Translations under genes and position numbers: made by a program
The notes under the pieces: model-generated
Seen by the model: only the letters and a program-made list of their open reading frames with translations
Told to the model about the DNA's origin: nothing
Database searches by the model: none
Assembly: GCA_963968165.1 (NCBI GenBank)
Contig: CAXAFE010000011.1
Span: forward strand, 4,384-68,383
Direction: 5' to 3'
DNA length: 64,000 nt
From: an uncultured Candidatus Poseidoniales archaeon
Lineage (GTDB): Archaea; Thermoplasmatota; Poseidoniia; Poseidoniales; Thalassarchaeaceae
In this document: in pieces, positions 9,501-17,022 of the stretch
Position numbering within the stretch: the first letter of the stretch is position 1
Layout of the letters: every line of letters begins with the position of its first letter

Positions 9501-12500
9501 GCCATACCTCCAGTATCTAATTCGGTAGGCCAATCAATTGTAAGAAAGCGCCAATCGCCACTTTCTGCCCGCCAGTCCCATCTTGTTGCTCCACTAATCC
9601 AAGATTCAGAATATAATGTTTGATTTGAAACATTTCCATCTAGTGGGCGAGGAATTAATGAAAATGGGCCCTCCCAGGGTACATTGGTCACAATAGGCAT
9701 CGTCCAATTATGATTTTTTATTGTGAAGTTTCCATCTGAATCTTTGATCAATGATTGAATATGTAAACCTTGTTGATATAGTCCCGGGACAGCATCTTCT
9801 GGTACAGATATATTCATCAATATAGAATTGGATTGATTTGCTAGGATTACATCCTCATTATCAATGGAAATCCATTCTTCATTAACCATCCCAAAAGTAG
9901 TCCAATCAATTTCTATTCTAACTGGATCTTCCTCTGAGAAATCGTCAACCTTCCTCCATACTCCTAGCATAAGTCCATCACTTGCGTCATCAAGAGGTAA
10001 TCCGACTCGAACTTCTGCCTGAGGGCCATTTGACCACCAATATGTCACTTCCTCCATTTCACTGGGCTCAGTCCATTCACCGGCATCAACCATCCCATCT
10101 CCGTCGGTATCATTATGAAATATACCGTCCGAATCGTAATCTGTCCATCTATAAATCTGTAAAAATACTCGTTCATGAGTAATCCTCTGTTTGTTTGGGT
10201 CAAATGCGGGGTACTCGATAGTTGCTCTAGCCCTAAGCTGCGTAGTATCTTCATGGATTTGTATTAATTCATTCCCAGTAATATGTAAGGGAATTAGTAG
10301 ATCTGGTTCATCACCTTGGTGTCCATTCCAAGTACCATTAGTTCCATTACTACTACCATTACCAATACTTTCCCATATCATAACATTATGTTCTATGGGA
10401 GAGAATTTAGTTGGAGTATATTGTAATAAAATATCTGTATTTCCAGAGTTTGTAAATTCTAGTTCTACCTCTTGAGACTCCCCTGGTTTAAGTAGATTGA
10501 TATTTGCTTCCCTATGACTTCCATGAAAAGTACCACTATTCCATTGAGCAGGACTAGCCCACCACGTCCCATTATCTCCATCTAGTGAAGATACTGCCCT
10601 TGATGCATTGAACCAACCACCACCTTGTATGAAAGGCTCATATCCTCTATCGTCAGAAGTAGAAAGTACAAAATCCCTAAACTCTTGAGATTTTGGATAT
10701 TCTCCTTTATTCTCTATCCATGCTTCTGCAACTAGTGACATTAATCCTGCTGCTATTGGCGTGGCGAGACTTGTACCTCCCCAGGTAGTCCATGCAGAAT
10801 TAGCAGAATCATAGGAATTAAGAGGCATATCGCCGGTTGCTGACCAGCCTACTGCAACGATATCTGGATCCATACGCCCTACTACATTTGGGCCCCTATT
10901 GGACCAAGGGGCGCTTTGGCCCCATGAATCACTTGATCTGCTACTAAATGCGCCCACAGAAAATATTCCATGTGCGGCTCCAGGTACTTTCGTAGTACCA
11001 AACCCATGTCCACCATTACCTATGGCTACTGCATAAGAAGTATTTTGATTATAAATTCGAGTTAACCAATCCAAATATAGTGAATATCCGTCAGATCCAG
11101 AATCGTCAACAGAAGAATATCCAAATGAGAAAGATCCTATGTTGGGTTGATCAGGCGTATTAGGATCGCCATCATAACCTTCGGCAATGAATCTCCAACC
11201 GTCAAGGGCATGTCCTCCGGAATAGTGATTACCGATAGACGAAATTGTTGCATTAGGTGCCATACCCTTTATGGCTCCGTCTGCAACTACACCTTGTGCT
11301 GCAACGGCACTGGCACATAATGTTCCATGGCTACCAGACTCAAGCATGAATAATGTTAAATTTCCAGATCCTGGAATTCTATTAGAATATCCGTGCCTAG
11401 TAGCATATGTATCAGTATATGGCACTCCATTTATGCCATCCGATACCCAATATACTAAGCCTGCAGAAATATCCCATAGACCATCTCCATCAGAGTCTCT
11501 GCCTGCAGTCTCTTCACCTGGCCTCATTGGAGTTTCATTTCCAAACCAGTTATCTAAGTCAATATCTGAATATACTGTCTCATATAATCCCGATATTCGA
11601 TCATCGACTATCAATATTGGCACATCACCTCCAACTTTGTTCCTTAATGTTGGATCAGGATGTTGTCCTAGATGATATACTCCTGAAATTGATAAATTAA
11701 TATTTGTTACATTATAACCAGATTGATCTAAGATACCATCACTATTATTATCAAAATCCTGAAGTGAAGTATTCGCATACCATGTATTAACTTCTGGATA
11801 TGAACTACCTTCGACTAACCACGTATACATACTGTTGTGATCAAGCATCAATGGCCAGCCATAGTATGAAGAATTTTGATAACTTACTCTAGCTTGTGTA
11901 CCATTTAAATCAGGATGTGCAAAATCCACTCCAGTATCTGCAACCGCTACAATCATATCGTCCCCACTATATCCTTTATCCCATGCATCATTGGCTCCAT
12001 GGATCTCGCCAGAACGTACTGATTCTGGACCATATTCGGGAGGTATTTCTGACGTATCAATATCATAAGATTCTGGACTTCTTTCTGCATCAATTAAAGC
12101 AATAATGCCTCTCAATGATGATAATTTATGAAAAATCGTTGAATTAACCCAAAAAGTTCTATGATTAATTTCATTATCATTTGGATCTTTAAAAATTAGA
12201 GTTTCCCCATTTTTCGATGGTGCTTGTCTTTCGATAGCTCCATACTTGTGTTGCCAATTATTTAATTCGGACAATGACCATGTTATTGCAGTAACTCGTA
12301 CTTCATCGGCACCTAAATAAATCCTATCCGATATACTACTATCGATCCAAGGTTGAGTGTCCTTTATCGTGTCAATTATATTCTCATTAACATCTAAGAC
12401 TGGGAGAAATTTTATATCGTCTGAATCATTATTATTTACAACAAATGATAAGGGGCAAACTAAGATTAAACAGATCATGAATATCGGTTTCAACATCTGC

Positions 12501-12502
12501 AT
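6515..12502 (-). CDS. Giant membrane-anchored subtilisin-like serine protease (peptidase S8) with PPC-like and other beta-rich domains
   Basis: The S8 triad motifs are VAVADTGVDFAHPDL (Asp), SGSHGTLCASAVAA (His) and WGGTSLATPIAAG (Ser). A PPC-like block is present (DAYGDADLDLYLFRDSNSDG...NGNYSIAVLGW). The C-terminal TM helix ILTWIILLSTIVFLITAASVLF is followed by QKRKI. The track ORF starts at 12562; I prefer Met at 12502/12496 (MQMLKPIFMICLILVCPLSF, signal-like). Confidence 0.9.
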   Translation of the reverse strand: MQMLKPIFMICLILVCPLSFVVNNNDSDDIKFLPVLDVNENIIDTIKDTQPWIDSSISDRIYLGADEVRVTAITWSLSELNNWQHKYGAIERQAPSKNGETLIFKDPNDNEINHRTFWVNSTIFHKLSSLRGIIALIDAERSPESYDIDTSEIPPEYGPESVRSGEIHGANDAWDKGYSGDDMIVAVADTGVDFAHPDLNGTQARVSYQNSSYYGWPLMLDHNSMYTWLVEGSSYPEVNTWYANTSLQDFDNNSDGILDQSGYNVTNINLSISGVYHLGQHPDPTLRNKVGGDVPILIVDDRISGLYETVYSDIDLDNWFGNETPMRPGEETAGRDSDGDGLWDISAGLVYWVSDGINGVPYTDTYATRHGYSNRIPGSGNLTLFMLESGSHGTLCASAVAAQGVVADGAIKGMAPNATISSIGNHYSGGHALDGWRFIAEGYDGDPNTPDQPNIGSFSFGYSSVDDSGSDGYSLYLDWLTRIYNQNTSYAVAIGNGGHGFGTTKVPGAAHGIFSVGAFSSRSSDSWGQSAPWSNRGPNVVGRMDPDIVAVGWSATGDMPLNSYDSANSAWTTWGGTSLATPIAAGLMSLVAEAWIENKGEYPKSQEFRDFVLSTSDDRGYEPFIQGGGWFNASRAVSSLDGDNGTWWASPAQWNSGTFHGSHREANINLLKPGESQEVELEFTNSGNTDILLQYTPTKFSPIEHNVMIWESIGNGSSNGTNGTWNGHQGDEPDLLIPLHITGNELIQIHEDTTQLRARATIEYPAFDPNKQRITHERVFLQIYRWTDYDSDGIFHNDTDGDGMVDAGEWTEPSEMEEVTYWWSNGPQAEVRVGLPLDDASDGLMLGVWRKVDDFSEEDPVRIEIDWTTFGMVNEEWISIDNEDVILANQSNSILMNISVPEDAVPGLYQQGLHIQSLIKDSDGNFTIKNHNWTMPIVTNVPWEGPFSLIPRPLDGNVSNQTLYSESWISGATRWDWRAESGDWRFLTIDWPTELDTGGMAILDVNWDDNPYTDIDVLWLSESSHGYAEEETDAYGNSTFFIESRSTNNHAGSGQHNWGTFTGTSREVFAVPASEGVHQMVLHTALHGVETNDNPLNISVGYVVAENSGLEKKVLDWSEGSGNDSLYLLSTMPLPVESVDAYGWNSVMNFVNETASDDGSNKMDASWWHNFTLEDTSEISINMDAYGDADLDLYLFRDSNSDGNFSSDEEVARSWSGSSSESITLTNPENGNYSIAVLGWSVPGGTIQFWLESEIVGGDQLRVFNQSVLNASTIDQMWPNGAEELGGMTPTSVLEVNIDFDIPQEEGNWLGFVDVTLEGNINFRLPYNYQLLNTVPQISFLTPDNVTYSNELIDIKLHVKDVGVGFSLENINCISLTNKTPNLQANTAFGKTSNGFIFDIADEWNENNFSSFQNYTFREIMINSSVAPIEQWHDYTATVYDNYGIYNETFLSVLYDSTHPELFVYGMPLITNEQNITIDIITEPNSILYLNNELIELNENGTAQKILTLSLTQQGRYSSIDGAKSFYYIDNSNSFSFNSSDFSGNYINRNFQVILDPKMTNFSVVKIIDQNNYEYFIDDILAPVNITSSQIWLNLPSDSKKWCLILKSINSIGYHEECNSVSSMPQIFNSSSGYPINGISDYEVNYDTIIQMDIPNLPNGDYELSIEITDWTNNSKVEVWPISFDTISPVVSWSLYPSDDNMLNDHVQNLSWGASEYVDVIFSINGDIEYYTNGTTGFFEFELNNTGNHIFCIIAIDLTSYYENKNIFEECRRMFLDSSIYDTQLSADTNGGLVSSDSLQVTLKREGSQEIWWMRLGSDMTNIVEAGDDYVILNLDLLEGDNEFKIEIRSLDEIDEYFISIQKDSISPELYFSEIEYRNSALNSLKELEGICEPGLSVTVNTVVEESEFICSTSGTFSLNLLVPNAPGEYQIIAKSTDLADNLVEYSILVNKQDWNQWAIEDIKNNGPILTWIILLSTIVFLITAASVLFQKRKI

Positions 12503-12590
12503 TATATCGACGATTAATACCTCGGCCTTTACGCTACCGCAATATTGACCCGTCATATACAAATTGAATGAGTGCTACGGATGGTCGCGA

Positions 12591-12663
12591 AGTCCCGTAG
12601 TGTAGTGGTCCATCATCTCAGGTTTTGGTCCTGGGGACCCTGGTTCGAATCCGGGCGGGACTA
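12591..12663 (+). tRNA. tRNA-Gln (anticodon UUG)
   Basis: AGTCCCG...CGGGACT forms a 7-bp acceptor stem. The T arm is CCTGG-TTCGAAT-CCGGG. The anticodon arm is TCAGG-TTTTGGT-CCTGG with TTG at positions 34-36. The D stem is imperfect, no CCA is encoded, and the region is a GC-rich island. Confidence 0.8.
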
Positions 12664-12673
12664 CGCAAAAAAA

Positions 12674-13933
12674 TTACTCTTCGATAGCTTCAGGACTTTT
12701 AGAAAGATCACGTGTGATATTCTTTTGATGCCCTTCAAGAGTCCCTCCTCCGATTTCTAAGAGTTTGGAATCACGCCATAACCTTTCTACGATATATTCG
12801 CCAACATATCCATATCCTCCCATAACCTGAATTGCCCTATCTGCAATATTTTTTGCTACAGTAGTGGTGAACAATTTTACACCATCTGAGTCTAATCTGT
12901 TACCTGCTGATGACAAATTTGTATTTGCTGCGGTATCATAGATATATGCCCTCATAGCCCTATATTCTCCCCAAGATTCACCTATATGTCTTTGAATTTG
13001 ACCAAAATCTCTAATCTTATTTCCAAAAGCTTCTCTTTCACTTGCATACTTATTCATCGCCGATAAACTCCTTCGGGCAATACCTAGTGCCATAGCAGCC
13101 AATGCTATTCGTTCGATTTCTAAATTTTTCATCATATGAATCATAGATTCACCAGGATTACCCACCACATTTCCATTGGGAACAATGCAATGATCAAAAA
13201 CCAACTCTGCAGTGTTACTTGCTCTCATTCCACTTTTATCATAGATTTTTTGGCCCACGCTATATCCTTCCATTCCTTTTTCAACTAAGAATGTGGTTAC
13301 TTCGGCGCGTCCTTTCGAATCTGTTCCAGTCTTTGCATATAACCAAACTATGTCTGCGGGTGTGCCTTCATCATCAATAGCGCCATTTGTAATCCACATC
13401 TTGTTGCCATTTATTACCCAAGAGCCATTTTCTTGCTGAATCGCACTAGTTTGCATCCCTAGTACATCAGTGCCGTAACCTGGCTCGCTCATTGCCATGC
13501 ACCCAACCCATTCTCCACTGCATACCTTTGGCAAAATACGTGATTTTTGTTCTTCACTTCCATTTTGTGCAAGATTATTTACCATTAATTGTGCATGTGC
13601 AAGATATGCAAGACAAAAAGCAGGATCAGAGTATGATAATTCTTCGTTTACAATAGCTATCGCTGTAGAATCCATACCTGCGCCTCCATAAGATTCAGGC
13701 ACGGAAATTCCTAATAAGCCATAGTCCCCTAATTTACGAAAAAGATTTAGGTTAAACTTTTCATTTTTGTTATATTCAAGGGCTTGAGGTTCAACTTCTT
13801 CCTTAGTAAAATCTCGTACCATTTTTCTTAACATAGCATGTTCTTGAGTAGGATTTGCAATATCATGGCCATTCCATTCATCTCTCATGCTGCTGCCAAC
13901 GTGCACTTCAATAAGAGATATTCTATTATGCAA
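12674..13933 (-). CDS. Acyl-CoA dehydrogenase (short/branched-chain type; substrate not assignable)
   Basis: ACAD signatures are MSEPGYGTDV, KMWITNG, QVMGGYGYVGEY and RDSKLLEIGGGTLE. The true start may be the internal Met at 13885 (MRDEWNG...). Confidence 0.88.
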   Translation of the reverse strand: MHNRISLIEVHVGSSMRDEWNGHDIANPTQEHAMLRKMVRDFTKEEVEPQALEYNKNEKFNLNLFRKLGDYGLLGISVPESYGGAGMDSTAIAIVNEELSYSDPAFCLAYLAHAQLMVNNLAQNGSEEQKSRILPKVCSGEWVGCMAMSEPGYGTDVLGMQTSAIQQENGSWVINGNKMWITNGAIDDEGTPADIVWLYAKTGTDSKGRAEVTTFLVEKGMEGYSVGQKIYDKSGMRASNTAELVFDHCIVPNGNVVGNPGESMIHMMKNLEIERIALAAMALGIARRSLSAMNKYASEREAFGNKIRDFGQIQRHIGESWGEYRAMRAYIYDTAANTNLSSAGNRLDSDGVKLFTTTVAKNIADRAIQVMGGYGYVGEYIVERLWRDSKLLEIGGGTLEGHQKNITRDLSKSPEAIEE

Positions 13934-13934
13934 G

Positions 13935-14339
13935 TCAATTATTCCAAAAGGCTGAATCTTCCCATGGCAGCCCTACTAGTAAACCGATTACTTCCAGAAT
14001 CAAATAATTCCATATCAAATAAACAATAATTGTGATAGTAAAAACTGCAAGTGATGTATTAATTACATATCTTTGGTTCTTTTTAGCATCGTTTAGCGTA
14101 CAAATACCTTTTTTCTTGAAAAATAATATTAAACCTGCTAATAAAAACAATGTAGATATGAGATACAATAGATATCGAAAAGGAGAATAATACAAATTAT
14201 TTGAGAGAGAATCAGCGGCTACTATCGCTGAAGAACCTGCGAATAGAACCCATATTACTGATGGTAAGCAACACAAACTGGAAATTACGGCAGATACTCC
14301 TATTACGGGAGACAGACTAGAGATATCTGCCTTTTCCAC
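13935..14339 (-). CDS. Small 3-4 TM membrane protein with a MerT-like CC motif in TM1
   Basis: 134 aa. AVISSLCCLPSVIWVLFAG resembles the MerT CCLGP motif in the first helix. PFRY precedes TM2, followed by a basic loop with one Cys (KKKGIC). The stop lies 1 nt from the ACAD start. Confidence 0.4.
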   Translation of the reverse strand: MEKADISSLSPVIGVSAVISSLCCLPSVIWVLFAGSSAIVAADSLSNNLYYSPFRYLLYLISTLFLLAGLILFFKKKGICTLNDAKKNQRYVINTSLAVFTITIIVYLIWNYLILEVIGLLVGLPWEDSAFWNN

Positions 14340-14377
14340 ATATAACGGTAATGGTTAAGGGATATATACTCATGTTT

Positions 14378-15706
14378 CTAAGGCGTGACTCTTCTCGAAT
14401 CTCTAGGGAATGGAATAGTTTCACGAATATGATCTGCCCCGGCAAGCCATGCACATACACGATCGACACCTAAGCCAAATCCTCCATGAGGGACTCCACC
14501 GAAACGTCTGGTATCAATATAGAATTCATAGGGTTCTCGAGGAGTACCTTCTTCATCTATCCTCTCAATAATCTCCGATTCTGACCATGTTCTCTCTCCG
14601 CCGCCAATTATCTCGCCATATCCTTCTGGCGCTAATAAATCATGACATAAGACATATTTGGCATCTGATGGATCAGGCCTGTGATAAAACGGTTTTGCGA
14701 TTTTAGGATAGTGAGTTAAGAAATGCGGTACCTCAAAGTCCTGTGTAAGTATTTTTTCTTTTGAATAATCTAAGTCTTGGCCCCATTCAATATCGATTTT
14801 TTTATTTTGAAGAATATCAATAGCCTCGTCATATCTCATTTTTGGGTATTTATTGTCGGCATATCTCTCAACCAATGATAAATCTCTTCCTAACTCTTTA
14901 AGTTCTGTACTTCTTTCTTCAAGTAATTTTACTGCTGTTGCCCTAACGACGCCTTCACCATAATTCATAACTTCATCATTTGAAGCCCATGCAATCTCCA
15001 TTTCTGCATGCCAGAATTCAGTTAAATGGCGACGGGTACGACTTTTTTCTGCCCTAAAAGACGGTGCGATTGTGTATAATCTTTCTAATGCGGGCATTGC
15101 CGCCTCTGCATACAGTTGCCATGATTGAGTCAAATATGCCTTTTTGCCAAAATAAGGTACTTCGAATAAAGTACTACCTCCTTCAACGGCTCCTGCAACG
15201 AAATTTGGGGCTTGATATTCAATAAAGTCCATATCTCGAAAATAAGAATGGATTGAACCAAAAACAGTTGATCTTATTTTTAACATATTTGTCATTCTAC
15301 TTGTCCTAAGATAAAGATGCCTATTATCCAATAAAAACTCTGATTCTCCACCTTCAGCCTCGAGCATTGCAGACTCAGTTATTGGGAAAGGATTATTGGG
15401 ATTCACAGCCCCTATGACTTTGGCGTCTGTAACCTGTAATTCATGACCGTGTTCTCTTTCGGTAGACATTACAGTACCCTTCAAAATCACACTTGATTCT
15501 ATCAGTGCAGATTTAATAGAATCGAATGATTCATCGCCGATTACATCTCTCTTTATGACACACTGAACTAATCCAGTAGAATCACGTAAAACCATGAACC
15601 ATATTTTATTCGAGCCTCTTGTGCGGTGCACCCATCCTTTTAGTTCAATATCTTGATTGTCATGTGTACCTTTATTGATATCACCAATCCAAAAATTTTT
15701 CACCAT
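14378..15706 (-). CDS. asnS: Asparaginyl-tRNA synthetase (class IIb; archaeal AspRS not fully excluded)
   Basis: The N-terminal OB-fold motif is KGWVHRTRGSNKIWFMVLRDSTGLVQCV. Motif 2 is FRAEKSRTRRHLTEFWHAEMEIAW; EFW..E.E is AsnRS-like, whereas AspRS has ..D.EM. Motif 3 is GGFGLGVDRVCAWL...IPFPRD. Confidence 0.75.
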   Translation of the reverse strand: MVKNFWIGDINKGTHDNQDIELKGWVHRTRGSNKIWFMVLRDSTGLVQCVIKRDVIGDESFDSIKSALIESSVILKGTVMSTEREHGHELQVTDAKVIGAVNPNNPFPITESAMLEAEGGESEFLLDNRHLYLRTSRMTNMLKIRSTVFGSIHSYFRDMDFIEYQAPNFVAGAVEGGSTLFEVPYFGKKAYLTQSWQLYAEAAMPALERLYTIAPSFRAEKSRTRRHLTEFWHAEMEIAWASNDEVMNYGEGVVRATAVKLLEERSTELKELGRDLSLVERYADNKYPKMRYDEAIDILQNKKIDIEWGQDLDYSKEKILTQDFEVPHFLTHYPKIAKPFYHRPDPSDAKYVLCHDLLAPEGYGEIIGGGERTWSESEIIERIDEEGTPREPYEFYIDTRRFGGVPHGGFGLGVDRVCAWLAGADHIRETIPFPRDSRRVTP

Positions 15707-15777
15707 TAATTTATCCTCCGTACAACCCCAAGGACAACTTGGTTATGAATCCTCGATTACCGTATGTTAAATTTTAG

Positions 15778-15851
15778 CGGGTCTGACGGGGTTCGAACCC
15801 GCGACCGCCCGGTTAAGAGCCGGGTGCTCTACCTGACTAAGCTACAGACCC
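15778..15851 (-). tRNA. tRNA-Lys (anticodon CUU)
   Basis: The reverse complement reads GGGTCTG TA GCTT AGTCAGGTA GAGC A CCCGG CTCTTAA CCGGG CGGTC GCGGG TTCGAAC CCCGT CAGACCC G. This is a full cloverleaf with CTT at positions 34-36. No CCA is encoded. Confidence 0.9.
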
Positions 15852-15898
15852 GCCTCTCCGAATTGGCAAAGTAATTTAATCACGACGGAAGAATTTAC

Positions 15899-16615
15899 TT
15901 AAGCCAATCTACCAAATTCGTTAGTTAATATCTCAGTCCCAGTAGAAGATGACATTATAACAACGTCACAAATTCCCACGAATAATCCAACCTCGACTAC
16001 TCCATCAATATCATTAATTTGATATTCTAATTCACTCGGAATAGAAATATTTGGACCAAAATTGCAATCCAATATATATCCATTATTATCGGTGATGTAA
16101 GGATTCGTAGAACCACCCCTGATATTAACTTCTCCAGAACATATTTTTTGGATTTTATTTTTTACATACATCCAATCTTCGATATTGACTTCAACAGGCA
16201 ATGGAAAATTCCCAAGGACAGATACCATTTTACTATCATCAGCAACTACAATCATAGAATTTGAGGCATTTGCGACTATTTTTTCTCGAGTGAGTGCTCC
16301 ACCGCCTCCTTTGATAAGATTAAAATTAGTGTCAAACTCATCTGCCCCGTCAATTGTTAAATCTAATCTATCTGTATCGTTTATGGAAATTAATGGAATA
16401 TTAAGCGATTTAGCTAATTTTTTAGTAGATTCACTTGTTGGTACACCAACTATCTTCAAACCCTCTTCGGCCATTCTTCTCCCAATCTCTATAATTGAAT
16501 ATTTAACGGTAGATCCAGTGCCTAATCCTATCTTCATACCATCTTTAACGTACCTACAGGCTTCAATGCCTGCATCTTTTTTGAGGTCCTCTACTCTTAA
16601 CACAAGCATATACAT
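15899..16615 (-). CDS. rpiA: Ribose-5-phosphate isomerase A
   Basis: Motifs present are GLGTGSTV, TIDGADEFD and KGGGGALTREKIV. Length is 238 aa. Confidence 0.9.
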   Translation of the reverse strand: MYMLVLRVEDLKKDAGIEACRYVKDGMKIGLGTGSTVKYSIIEIGRRMAEEGLKIVGVPTSESTKKLAKSLNIPLISINDTDRLDLTIDGADEFDTNFNLIKGGGGALTREKIVANASNSMIVVADDSKMVSVLGNFPLPVEVNIEDWMYVKNKIQKICSGEVNIRGGSTNPYITDNNGYILDCNFGPNISIPSELEYQINDIDGVVEVGLFVGICDVVIMSSSTGTEILTNEFGRLA

Positions 16616-16713
16616 TGCAAACTAGCATTTCATAATTCCTGTTGGTCAGATAATAAATATCGTAGGTAAAAAGGACCGAGAAGTTCATGGATGGCACGTG
16701 TCACGGACGGTAT

Positions 16714-17010
16714 GAGGGAGTAGGAGGGTCGCTGACAGTGTACGACACTGAGGAAAGTCCCCTCTCCAAGATGCATGTGGTCCGACGCAAGTCGGAGGCC
16801 CGGGAGGGTCAGCTCTGCAACAGAAACGAACCGAGCCAGGCGTACTATGATCCTGAAAGGGTGAGGTTTCCTGAACTCGGCTGGAACGAGCATCTCCACA
16901 GGAGCAAGTCCAAGCAGGCCTGTAAAGCATCAATAGGGCCGGGTAGGATGCAAAGTTGAATGCGACTAACCGTAAAGGTGAACAGAAAGGGGCTTACTCC
17001 CTACTCCCTC
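16714..17010 (+). ncRNA. rnpB: RNase P RNA (archaeal type-A-like)
   Basis: A GC-rich island with only short overlapping ORFs on both strands. Conserved blocks are GAGGAAAGTCC (16750-16760), GCAACAGAAAC (~16816-16826) and TAAAGGTGAACAGAAAGGGGCTTAC (~16972-16997). The P1-like pairing is GAGGGAGTAGGAG (16714-) with CTCCCTACTCCCTC (-17010). Ends are uncertain by a few tens of nt, since GC-rich sequence begins at ~16673. Confidence 0.85.
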
Positions 17011-17022
17011 GAAATTTGTATA

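Noticed and set aside
12563-12673. tRNA genes adjacent to large surface-protein genes (tRNA-Gln next to the S8 protease, tRNA-His next to the CARDB protein) as possible integration sites of genomic islands
   Set aside because: There is no integrase, no direct repeat of the tRNA 3' end and no compositional break visible in the window.
16630-16959. Three overlapping 82-90-aa ORFs on both strands
   Set aside because: They coincide with the GC-rich RNase P RNA, where stop codons are depleted. The universal RNase P sequence blocks explain the region better.
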